From positions 1-22,132 of the forward strand of contig JBMFRB010000015.1 in NCBI GenBank assembly GCA_049968255.1: a stretch of DNA of 22,132 bases. Direction: 5' to 3'. The notes under the pieces are model-generated. The model worked only from the letters and a program-made list of their open reading frames with translations, searched no databases and was not told the origin of the DNA. The translations under genes and the position numbers were made by a program. The DNA comes from Candidatus Sumerlaeaceae bacterium (GTDB taxonomy: Bacteria; Sumerlaeota; Sumerlaeia; Sumerlaeales; Sumerlaeaceae). This document shows positions 8,901-16,359 of the stretch, piece after piece; the stretch's first letter is position 1; each line of letters opens with the position of its first letter.

Positions 8901-9607
8901 TGCCAGTGGCGCCGACGTCGCTCGAGGAGATCGGACAGCGCATCGCCACGTTGCGCGAAAAGATTGAAAACCTTGGGCCGGTTCACATTGGGGCGATTGA
9001 TGAGTACAACGCCTTGGTGGGCCGCTACGAATTTCTCACGCGGGAAGAAAAGGACCTGCAGACGGCGAAGGCACATCTCACCGAAGTCATCCGAAGCATT
9101 GATCACACAACCACACAGATGTTTCTCGACGCGTTCGAGCAGATTCGCCAGAACTTCCAGGAAATGTTCCGGAGGTTATTTGGCGGCGGGCGCGCCGACC
9201 TTCTTCTGACCGAGGAAAACGGGGTGCTCGACTGCGGCATTGATATTATGGCACAGCCGCCAGGCAAGAAGCCCACGCACATTTCGCTGCTCTCAGGTGG
9301 GGAAAAGGCGCTTACCGCCATCGCCCTGCTCTTTGGCATCTTCATGCGCAAGCCAAGTCCGGTATGCATCCTGGACGAAATTGATGCGCCCCTCGATGAT
9401 AAGAACATCGAGCGCTTCAAGCAGCTCGTGCGGGAATTCTCCGACGACACGCAATTCATCATCATCACGCACAACAAACAAACGATGGCGCTGGCCAACA
9501 CAATCTACGGCGTGACGATGGAGGAGGAGGGCGTCAGTCGACTTGTGAGCTTGCGGCTGGATGAATTCGACGATAGCGAATTTGCACGCGAAGCTGTGAT
9601 CGCCTAA
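5918..9607 (+). CDS. smc: Chromosome segregation protein SMC
   Basis: LELQGFKSF, Walker A GPNGSGKSN, long coiled coils, hinge GRATFLPLD and GAMTGGS, signature LLSGGEKAL, Walker B/D-loop ILDEIDAPLDD, FIIITH; 1229 aa; SD GAGGTG upstream. Confidence 0.98.
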   Translation: MQFFKRLELQGFKSFANKTVVEFLPGVTVIVGPNGSGKSNIFDAIRWVLGEQSAKSLRGTRMGDVIFNGSASLKATGLAKVELVLDNSRRHLPIDFDEVSIARHLYRTGESEYLLNRTACRLKDIATLLMDTGIGTDSYSVLEQGRVDAIINSRPLERRMLFDEAAGISKYKTKKEEALAKLQRTEESLVRLADIIAEVRRQINSLKRQAAKAERYKRLTAELDLLEKELLARQYRALLEEVAGVEANYTTLEQRVTGLRQQMAQLEEKQEAVRRKSEEIHAEFEQVRVESFAVGTQLAQTQSQIELLEQRDADAQSRASTLEREMQALRERLNQIQEQLAQLQRERDDHRAVVAQLEEDYRVRKAEHDALKSQCDAASVEAMELRRKITELQGRKATLESQRQVAHAMEAKLRNELEQCEADERALAQQMEALAIEREERQAAMEDALQLLEALKADLGAKRDELAVAENELQKLRGELFELQRREQVCRSRHDALVELQENFEGYYGGVREVMLRAKAGELRGIVGAVSTLLEALDEHELAIEVALGSQAQDIVVETAEHAKTAIEWLKKSGRGRATFLPLDLIEAREQPPRWSEMRGRAGVIGLASELVRYDARLERAVSYLLGGVVVCRDLDTAVELKRQGFRARFVTLEGELVVPQGAMTGGSVKSQGLLHRTREIRKLGEELENIRQREKLAAQQAENVAQRLKQLREVHDKLVRSANQQEIEAAHATKDFEIAEQKFAEKAKDVEALARRRTEIETEIAKHRHSQELALGELTQITEMTRDTEERLSAIETQTSSQQQELAAHGRELNDLVVRMSTARERLHACEDKIAGLESERLRVMAEETSRRTQLDDLREQQQQAQVRIEDLRKQVNELQQRQRALDERLTHESSRKETIALDLSKLGERVHELRRDLHEADNAFHEEELRRAHLTERLRLFEQQAQEKFHLTPAELLEQLDQQWQRTAEENRKPSIEDLEEEGNGSAWDVTEMPVAPTSLEEIGQRIATLREKIENLGPVHIGAIDEYNALVGRYEFLTREEKDLQTAKAHLTEVIRSIDHTTTQMFLDAFEQIRQNFQEMFRRLFGGGRADLLLTEENGVLDCGIDIMAQPPGKKPTHISLLSGGEKALTAIALLFGIFMRKPSPVCILDEIDAPLDDKNIERFKQLVREFSDDTQFIIITHNKQTMALANTIYGVTMEEEGVSRLVSLRLDEFDDSEFAREAVIA

Positions 9608-9666
9608 CACGTCGTCCGGCTTCGCGGCCAAGCCTCCCGCGCTGAGTCAGTCACATGCAACATGTT

Positions 9667-9981
9667 TCAGCTTTCGGATCCCGCTTCGTTTGGGGCTTCC
9701 GCTTTGTTGAGGACGGAAAACTTAACTTCCTTCCCCATCTTAAAGGTGACCACACGCCGCTCGGGAATGGGGTACACATCCTGTTTCTTCTTCGGATTGC
9801 GTCCGATTCGAGATTTGCGCACCTTCGCTTGAAAGACACCAAAATCGCGAATCTCCAGCCGCCCTTTGGTGGCCACAATTTCACGGATGGCATCGCAAAT
9901 GTCGTCGACAATGCGCACGCCGTCGCGCTCTTGCAATTTGAGTTTCTCAGCGATTTGCTTTGCAATGTCCGCCTTGATCAT
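9667..9981 (-). CDS. HU/IHF-family histone-like DNA-binding protein
   Basis: MIKADIAKQIA...LEIRDFGVF...RKSRIGRNPK...IPERRVVTFKMGK fits the IHF/HU pattern; SD AAGGAAGG upstream. Confidence 0.92.
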   Translation of the reverse strand: MIKADIAKQIAEKLKLQERDGVRIVDDICDAIREIVATKGRLEIRDFGVFQAKVRKSRIGRNPKKKQDVYPIPERRVVTFKMGKEVKFSVLNKAEAPNEAGSES

Positions 9982-10401
9982 TTCTCACCGCCTTCCTTTC
10001 CCCGGTCTGGTGGACCCTGCGTCGGCCCACAAGCTTACCGTACGAGCACACTCATGCGTAGTGTTCCATGAGCCGCGGTGCAAGGGAAAAGACAACAGGA
10101 GAACAATGAAGTTCCCCTGCTTCGAGCACTGGGGAGTCTTTGCGCAGGACATTTGCGCAGCTTGCAGGAGCACATCCTGTTGCAGTATATTTTTTCCCCG
10201 CGCGCAGGAGATCTTGCTTTCCCGAATGAGCCCCTCCCTGGCCCTCGGCAGGCCCCAGGGGCCGCAGGCGCCATTTGGGGTGCACAAACCTGTTCATCCC
10301 GTCATGCATGTTTGCCAATGTGCAGGCGCTCACAACTGTTCACCTTTTCTCCACCACCGTCAGGGAATAAGTCTTGCGGGAGATTGTCACGCCGTCACCA
10401 A

Positions 10402-11502
10402 TCAAAGCACAGAGGAAGTCATTTCATCGCTGGCTGTGGTTTTCTGTTCTTCCACTGAGGGGGAGGTTTTTTCCTCTTCGGCCTTCGTGTCGTGCATCGG
10501 TGTGGGAGCTGGTGTGGCCGACGTGCTTTCAGAGAGCGTGAAATCCTTCGGTTCGGGCGTCAACATCTTGCCCTGATATTCTGTGAGTTTGAAAATGTCG
10601 GGAGTGTCCGCGCGCTTGGCATAATAATAGGTGACCGAATTTTCCACCTTCGGCTCGCCTAGCAGCAAAGTCACGGTCTTGCGTTTCGCTGGACTTGTCT
10701 GTTTGTCCTCGTACGTGACCGTCAGCTTCGACTTCGGTGGATCAAGCCCATAATCGGCAAGTGTGTGGCTGCTATCGAGATCCACAAAGCTTGTGGCGCG
10801 AAGGTTTGCGATGCTCGACAAGAACGGATGAATTTTTGTTGTCAGAGCTTCGCGCTTGATCGGCTCGTAGAGCTTCCACACACCTGCCTCTTTTTTCAGG
10901 AGCAAGGGCCCCGAGGTCAGCTCGCCTGCAACTTCGACGATAGCCTCCTGGTCGAAGTTGAAAACTCTCTTATCGCGCCAACCTTCGGGCTTATTGAAGA
11001 CATAGGTGAGGCTCGCGTTCGCGCTTAGAACTTCTTTTTCGCCGGCTTTGCGCACAAATGTGGTGAAAAACGTGGAACCAGCCTTGCCGACGTAAAGATC
11101 GGCCAGCACTTTGCCATCGCGACCGAGCACCTTGACGCGCGTTGCGCTTGTCTCGTTCACTTGATAATCTGAATAGTGCTCAGGATTATCGCTCACCACC
11201 TCGCCCGTGATCTCCTTCTCTAACGTGGCGAAGAGGCTCCCGATGAGATTCGGATCGGCCTTGTGCTTCTTCTCGACATTTGTGTACCACTCGCCGTCGA
11301 GTTTGGCCAGGGTCACAGGTTGTGCCTCGGGCACAGCGATTTCAATTTTCTCCACGGTCGCGGAAGTGATGCCGCTGAAAACTGGCTTTGCAACGGGCGC
11401 CGCGCTTTCGAGCATCTTCTCTTCGCTGCGCGAGTACCAGTAGGCAGCCAGACCCAAGAGAATTGCTAAAACCAGAAGTGTCAGCGTGTGCTTCGTGCTC
11501 AT
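10402..11502 (-). CDS. DUF4340-like membrane-anchored extracytoplasmic protein
   Basis: N-terminal TM (TLTLLVLAILLGLAAYWY), two similar halves, WRDKRVF and LADYGLDPP motifs; last gene of a Gld-like ABC operon, the usual context for this family. Confidence 0.8.
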   Translation of the reverse strand: MSTKHTLTLLVLAILLGLAAYWYSRSEEKMLESAAPVAKPVFSGITSATVEKIEIAVPEAQPVTLAKLDGEWYTNVEKKHKADPNLIGSLFATLEKEITGEVVSDNPEHYSDYQVNETSATRVKVLGRDGKVLADLYVGKAGSTFFTTFVRKAGEKEVLSANASLTYVFNKPEGWRDKRVFNFDQEAIVEVAGELTSGPLLLKKEAGVWKLYEPIKREALTTKIHPFLSSIANLRATSFVDLDSSHTLADYGLDPPKSKLTVTYEDKQTSPAKRKTVTLLLGEPKVENSVTYYYAKRADTPDIFKLTEYQGKMLTPEPKDFTLSESTSATPAPTPMHDTKAEEEKTSPSVEEQKTTASDEMTSSVL

Positions 11503-11590
11503 AGTCTCACCTTTGTGTCGAGTGTTGCGTCTTGTTCAAAATTCTTGCTCCAATCTCGGGCAGAGGCTGGCAGAGAGCTCTCGCCTCCCC

Positions 11591-13225
11591 TTAGCTTCCA
11601 TAGATTTCGCGATAGCGCAGGCGCTTGAGCCTGTTGAAGTAGAAGCGCCCGAGCCCAAGGATGATGAGGAGCACGGGGACGCCACCGATAGCAAGCACCT
11701 GAGCGGTGATGGCTTCGGTGGGCGTGATGTCGGCCTTGAGCACAGCATTCTGCGCTTGCTTTGAGCGCAGCGAGATCATTTCGCCACCCCGCGTGAGGGC
11801 ATCGGCCACGTTGAGTAGGAAGAGGGCATTAATCACGCCGTCGCTCGTCGGCGAAATCACTTCGTTGTGGAACGACAGTGGGCAGCTATACACGATAACG
11901 GTGGCCTTAGGATCGCTCTCGCGCTTGACTTCGCTGGCCAGCACGGCTCGCGTGGTGCCGTCGTCGTTAGTGAGCACGGGCGGCTCCACCGTGGCGAAAC
12001 GGCTCTCGAGCTTGCCCTGCGCCATCATGCAAATATTATAACTGTCGCATTCCTGCTTCGCGGGCTTACGAAGCTTCTCCGGCTCGATGGTAAAGAACGA
12101 TTCCTGGCGCCGCGTCAGGGGCGACGTGCGTGCGAGCACTTCCAGCGACGCACTTGTGCCGCGCGCGCTCGGCCCCACGCTCGATGGATAAATCGTGATG
12201 AGCGCGCTGAGGTCTTTGGTGATGATAGACGTGGTGTTGAGATCGGTCACCGCCACGAAGAACGGGTCCGGAGCCCGCACTAAACCCCGCTGTGTGCGGT
12301 AGAGCCGCGGCAGGGCTTTGCCCCAGTCCTCGAGCAGGTCGCCGTTGATATGCATGCCGTAAAACTCGAGGATCGAGTTTATGTTAGGAACTTTCGCGGT
12401 CGCACGTCCCATCTGCGGGTTGATGTTCACCCCACCAGCAGCCACGAAGAGCTTGCCGCCGTTCATCACGTACTGGTCAATTTTGTAAAGCGCCTCTTCG
12501 GACAGGTCCTCGGGCTCGAAGATCATGAGCACATCCACGTCCTTGAGATTCGGCTTCGAGACCTCGACATTCTGGGTCTTGTAGCCCTCCTCTTCGAGAT
12601 AGCGTGGGACGAGATCATACTTGCCCTGCTCACCGAAGAAAGGATTGCCGGCGGGCGCCATAATTCCCACCGTGGGGACGTTCACTTGCGCGGCCTTGTT
12701 GATTGCACGGGTGAGCTGATATTCGACCGACTGCTCGGGCCGCAGCGCAGCCACCGTTTCGGTCTTGCCCTTGTAATCAACCACAAACCCCAGGTAGCCA
12801 GCCTTCAAGCTCAGCTCGGTCGTTCCCACTTTTTGCATCGTTTGCTCACGGATGCCCTTGCGCTGAGCCTCTTCTTCAATTTTTGGGTCCGCGCTTGGAT
12901 CCTTAAAGGTGAAGTGGACCTTTCCACGCGACGCGATGCGATACTCCTGCAAGAGATCAAACAGCTGATTGCGCTGCTCAGTCCAGTCAGGCGGCGTTTC
13001 CTGCATCGTCGCGTAGACCGTGATGTTCACGCGATCCTTGAGCGAGGCGAGAATCTTGCGCGTGGCCTCGCTGATGGTGAACTGCTTTCCACGCGTCAGG
13101 TCCACGCGCATCCGGCTCTTGCCGGCGAAGAAATTAATCGCCACAAGCACCGCGAAGAAGAGAATCGTCCCAATGACAACGTTTGTTCCGTATTTGAGAG
13201 TTCGGTTGCTCACGTTCGTCGTCAT
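11591..13225 (-). CDS. GldG-like ABC-transporter auxiliary protein (ABC-type uncharacterized transport system domain)
   Basis: N-terminal TM then RVDLTRGKQFTISEATRKIL, EYQLTRAI, IDQYVMNGGKLFV, NALFLLNVADAL...ISLRSK, C-terminal TM. Confidence 0.88.
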   Translation of the reverse strand: MTTNVSNRTLKYGTNVVIGTILFFAVLVAINFFAGKSRMRVDLTRGKQFTISEATRKILASLKDRVNITVYATMQETPPDWTEQRNQLFDLLQEYRIASRGKVHFTFKDPSADPKIEEEAQRKGIREQTMQKVGTTELSLKAGYLGFVVDYKGKTETVAALRPEQSVEYQLTRAINKAAQVNVPTVGIMAPAGNPFFGEQGKYDLVPRYLEEEGYKTQNVEVSKPNLKDVDVLMIFEPEDLSEEALYKIDQYVMNGGKLFVAAGGVNINPQMGRATAKVPNINSILEFYGMHINGDLLEDWGKALPRLYRTQRGLVRAPDPFFVAVTDLNTTSIITKDLSALITIYPSSVGPSARGTSASLEVLARTSPLTRRQESFFTIEPEKLRKPAKQECDSYNICMMAQGKLESRFATVEPPVLTNDDGTTRAVLASEVKRESDPKATVIVYSCPLSFHNEVISPTSDGVINALFLLNVADALTRGGEMISLRSKQAQNAVLKADITPTEAITAQVLAIGGVPVLLIILGLGRFYFNRLKRLRYREIYGS

Positions 13226-13228
13226 AGC

Positions 13229-13957
13229 TCACGCCCACTTTCTGCTTTCGATGCTGCGGATGTTCAAAAAGAGGAAAAACGCTATGGCGGTCAGGTAGTA
13301 AACCACATCCGCCAAATCGAGCACCCCCCGGTAAAGGCTGACAAAATGCGCATAGGGGCTGAAGCGCGCAACGATCTCGCCCCCAGGCAGCAGCTGGTAG
13401 ATGAATGGAAAGCCAAGAAGGATGAGCCCAAAGCCCAACGCGCAGGCGATGATAAAGGCAATGATCTGATTGCGCGAAAGGCTCGAAGCCCATGCCCCGA
13501 GCGCCAACAGCGTAGCCCCCAGCAGCAGCGAGCCAAGATAGCCACACCAGATTGGCCCCCAATCGAGCGGAGTCTTGGGATCGGCGAAATGTTTCACCGT
13601 CAGCACGAGCGGGAACGTCAGGACCAGCGCGATGACAAGAAGCACAAGCGCTGCAAGATACTTGCCCACAACAACTTCATGGTCTTTCAAAGGAAGCGTG
13701 AGAAGAAGCTCGTCTGTGCCGGACTTTTTCTCTTCTGCCCAAATGCGCATAGCGATGGCAGGCACAAAGAAGAGCAGAAGCCACGGCATAAAAACAAAGA
13801 ACCCACCCAGGTTCGCCATTTGATTGCGGAAAAATCCGCTCACAAAGAAGAACATCGAGGTTCCCAGGATGTGAAAAATAATGAGGAAAATGTACGCCGA
13901 CGGCGAGTCGAGATAGCCGCGGAGTTCCTTGAGGAAAATTTTCCAGATGTTTCCCAT
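13229..13957 (-). CDS. ABC-2-type permease (GldF-like)
   Basis: IFLKELRGYLDSPSAY, PAIAMRIWAEEKKSGTDELLLTLP, VVGKYLA, SSLSRNQIIAF; about 6 TM segments. Confidence 0.93.
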   Translation of the reverse strand: MGNIWKIFLKELRGYLDSPSAYIFLIIFHILGTSMFFFVSGFFRNQMANLGGFFVFMPWLLLFFVPAIAMRIWAEEKKSGTDELLLTLPLKDHEVVVGKYLAALVLLVIALVLTFPLVLTVKHFADPKTPLDWGPIWCGYLGSLLLGATLLALGAWASSLSRNQIIAFIIACALGFGLILLGFPFIYQLLPGGEIVARFSPYAHFVSLYRGVLDLADVVYYLTAIAFFLFLNIRSIESRKWA

Positions 13958-13999
13958 CGTCTCCCTCTCTCACTGAAAATGTCACAACCTCTGTTGCTT

Positions 14000-14254
14000 C
14001 TACTGCGCGTTCGATGTTTCACTGGTCGAAGTCGTTTCCGCCTCTGTGCTAGGAGCGGTCGACGGGCTCGGGGCAGGCGTGGCTTCGGCGCTGACGGGCG
14101 CCGCCGCAACCGGCATTTTCGCCGCCTCCGCCGCAGAGGGCTTCGGAGTGGAAGACACCTCATGTCTTTCGCACCCCGCGAGTGTCGCCACAACGGCGAG
14201 TGCCGCCGTAACGCCCACGGCGTCCTGTCGGAATCTGTTCATTTTATCAGTCAT
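14000..14254 (-). CDS. Small low-complexity lipoprotein
   Basis: Basic N-region, hydrophobic core and lipobox LAG-C (Cys28); mature part is S/T/A/P/E-rich; start overlaps the ATPase stop (ATGACTGA) and the ORF fills the gap in the operon. Confidence 0.75.
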   Translation of the reverse strand: MTDKMNRFRQDAVGVTAALAVVATLAGCERHEVSSTPKPSAAEAAKMPVAAAPVSAEATPAPSPSTAPSTEAETTSTSETSNAQ

Positions 14255-15179
14255 TTTTCGTCAACCGTTCAAAGACGTCTTCAAGCGAAGCCATTTCAGG
14301 CCGCAGCTCGCTGAGAACCCACTTGTGCGCGGCTGCAGCTTCAAAAAGCCGCTCCGCGAGGATTTGCGGATTCTCGCCCATCACACGCAAACGCACACAA
14401 CCATTCTCTGTATCGAGCAAGCGCACCTCGCGCACACCTGTCACTTCGGTGAAGCGCTGCTGGACCTCATCGCGCGGGCCGCGCACCCGCACCACGACCG
14501 AATTGCCACCCGAGCTCATCGCCATGAGCTGTTCTGGCGTGCCGCTGGCCACAACCTGACCGCGATGAATGATGATGGCGCGGTCGCACGTGGCCGTCAC
14601 CTCGGGCAGGATGTGGGTCGAAAGAAGAACTGTCTTCTCTTTTCCAATTTCGCGGATGAGTTCGCGGATTTCTTTGATCTGGTTAGGGTCAAGACCGCTC
14701 GTCGGCTCGTCCAGGATCAAAATATCGGGGTCGTGAATAAGCGCCTGTGCCAGCCCCACACGCTGGCGATAACCTTTTGATAGCTCGCCGATGGTCTTAC
14801 CCACAGCGCCCTCGAGGCCAGTGCGCGCCACAACGTCGCGGATGCGCTCAGGCATCTGGCTCCTGGGGATGCCGCGAATGCCTGCAACAAACATGAGGAA
14901 ATCCACGACCGACATTTCGTGGTAGAGCGGTGTGTTTTCCGGCAAGTAGCCGACGTGCTTACGCACCTCGAGCGAATTCTCGAAGACGTCATAGCCGGCC
15001 ACCGTGGCTCGCCCAGAATCGGCAGGAATAAAACAGGTGAGGATTTTCATCGTCGTGGTTTTGCCCGCGCCGTTGGGTCCGAGAAACCCGACGATCTCCC
15101 CGCGCTGAACCGAAAACGAGACCCCTCGCAGCGCCTGCGTGGGGCCAAAGCTCTTTGTGAGATTTTCAACTTCAATCAT
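14247..15179 (-). CDS. ABC transporter ATP-binding protein (GldA-like)
   Basis: Walker A GPNGAGKTT, signature LSKGYRQRVGLAQAL, Walker B ILILDEPTSGLDP, LSTH, C-terminal SLEDVF. Confidence 0.96.
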   Translation of the reverse strand: MIEVENLTKSFGPTQALRGVSFSVQRGEIVGFLGPNGAGKTTTMKILTCFIPADSGRATVAGYDVFENSLEVRKHVGYLPENTPLYHEMSVVDFLMFVAGIRGIPRSQMPERIRDVVARTGLEGAVGKTIGELSKGYRQRVGLAQALIHDPDILILDEPTSGLDPNQIKEIRELIREIGKEKTVLLSTHILPEVTATCDRAIIIHRGQVVASGTPEQLMAMSSGGNSVVVRVRGPRDEVQQRFTEVTGVREVRLLDTENGCVRLRVMGENPQILAERLFEAAAAHKWVLSELRPEMASLEDVFERLTKND

Positions 15180-15437
15180 AGCGCCTCGCTTTCGGGCTTT
15201 TTATCGAACTTATCAAAAGGCAAAATGCAGACAAAATGCCCTCGCTTGCCTAGCATGATTCGTTCCAGAAAATATCCAAAACTGCAGAACGCGGCCTGAA
15301 CTTCGCGTAGTCTCAAGGGCCATGCGATGAAAGGGATCCTCACCAGCGATGGAGCGTTCGCCGCGGCAGGGGCATTTTTATCGACGCATTGTGACAAATT
15401 GTCGCGCACGTGCGCTCGTGTGTTTCCCTTTGGCGCG

Positions 15438-16256
15438 TCACGAAGAATTTTTCCTTCTCCCCAGGAAAAAGGCAATCAGGCGCGCGAGCATGGGGGAACG
15501 GTTGAGGCTCTCGAGTTCAACGACGGCCGGGCGAAAGTGAGGAGCAAGTTGAAGAGCGGTTTCAAAACTGCGCCGCGCTAGCTCCCATTTTGCCAACCCG
15601 AGCTGCGCCCGTCCGAGCCGATACCAAAGCGCTGCCTCCGACGAGTTGAGCGATGTGGCTGTGGAAAGGTATTTTTCGGCCAGTGCGTAGCTGCGCCGCT
15701 CGAGGTAAAAGAGGCCAATGTGAGCAGGGATGCGCCAGTCATCCGCCGGCCGCATGTCCATTGCCTTTTCCATGCAGAACGGCGCGTTGGCATTCTGTGC
15801 TAGCGCTAGCACTTGCCCCCGGAAAAACCACACCCATGGATCGCTTGCCTTGCGCTCCATTGCGAAATCCGAGCACTGAAGGCCGCGGTTGACCATGCCG
15901 TGATGAGCGTAGACAAGACCTTGAAGCGCGGCGATGCGCCCCTCCTCGGGGAAGAGCTCGACGGCGCGCCGCACCCATGCCAACGCCTCGCGCTTTTCGC
16001 CCTCAGCCAGAAGGGCCAGGATTTGCCCTGTCCAAGCATCGACGTGCGTAGACTCTACCTGTGCGGCTCGCGAAAAAAGCTGTAACGCTCGCCGATAGTT
16101 GCCCGCGAGAAACTCACGCTCCGCACTGAGGCAATAGTAATTGGCGTCGTAGGACAGTTCCTCCTCAGCGGCGGCCATGGGCGCGCCGGCAGTTGGCTGC
16201 TCAGGCTTCTTTTTGTCTGCGGCTTGCGATGTTTCGAGCTTCGAGAAACGTCCCAT
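15438..16256 (-). CDS. Tetratricopeptide repeat protein
   Basis: Repeated TPR-like helices (GNYRRALQLFSRAAQVE, ALAWVRRAVELFP, LWYRLGRAQLGLAKWELARRSFETALQLAP). ATG 16256 (MGRFSKLE) preferred over the track's TTG at 16298. Confidence 0.85.
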   Translation of the reverse strand: MGRFSKLETSQAADKKKPEQPTAGAPMAAAEEELSYDANYYCLSAEREFLAGNYRRALQLFSRAAQVESTHVDAWTGQILALLAEGEKREALAWVRRAVELFPEEGRIAALQGLVYAHHGMVNRGLQCSDFAMERKASDPWVWFFRGQVLALAQNANAPFCMEKAMDMRPADDWRIPAHIGLFYLERRSYALAEKYLSTATSLNSSEAALWYRLGRAQLGLAKWELARRSFETALQLAPHFRPAVVELESLNRSPMLARLIAFFLGRRKNSS

Positions 16257-16359
16257 GGCGGTCCGTGAATCCTCTGCTGACCTCTCAGCCCTTGGCAATC
16301 TCTATCGCGCTCGCCGGGCGACTATTTCCCTCGCGTTGGCGTCCGATCAACGTTCAACT

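Noticed and set aside
12350-14314. 654-aa plus-strand ORF
   Set aside because: Antisense shadow of the well-supported GldG-like, permease and lipoprotein genes; Arg/His-rich with no recognisable motifs.
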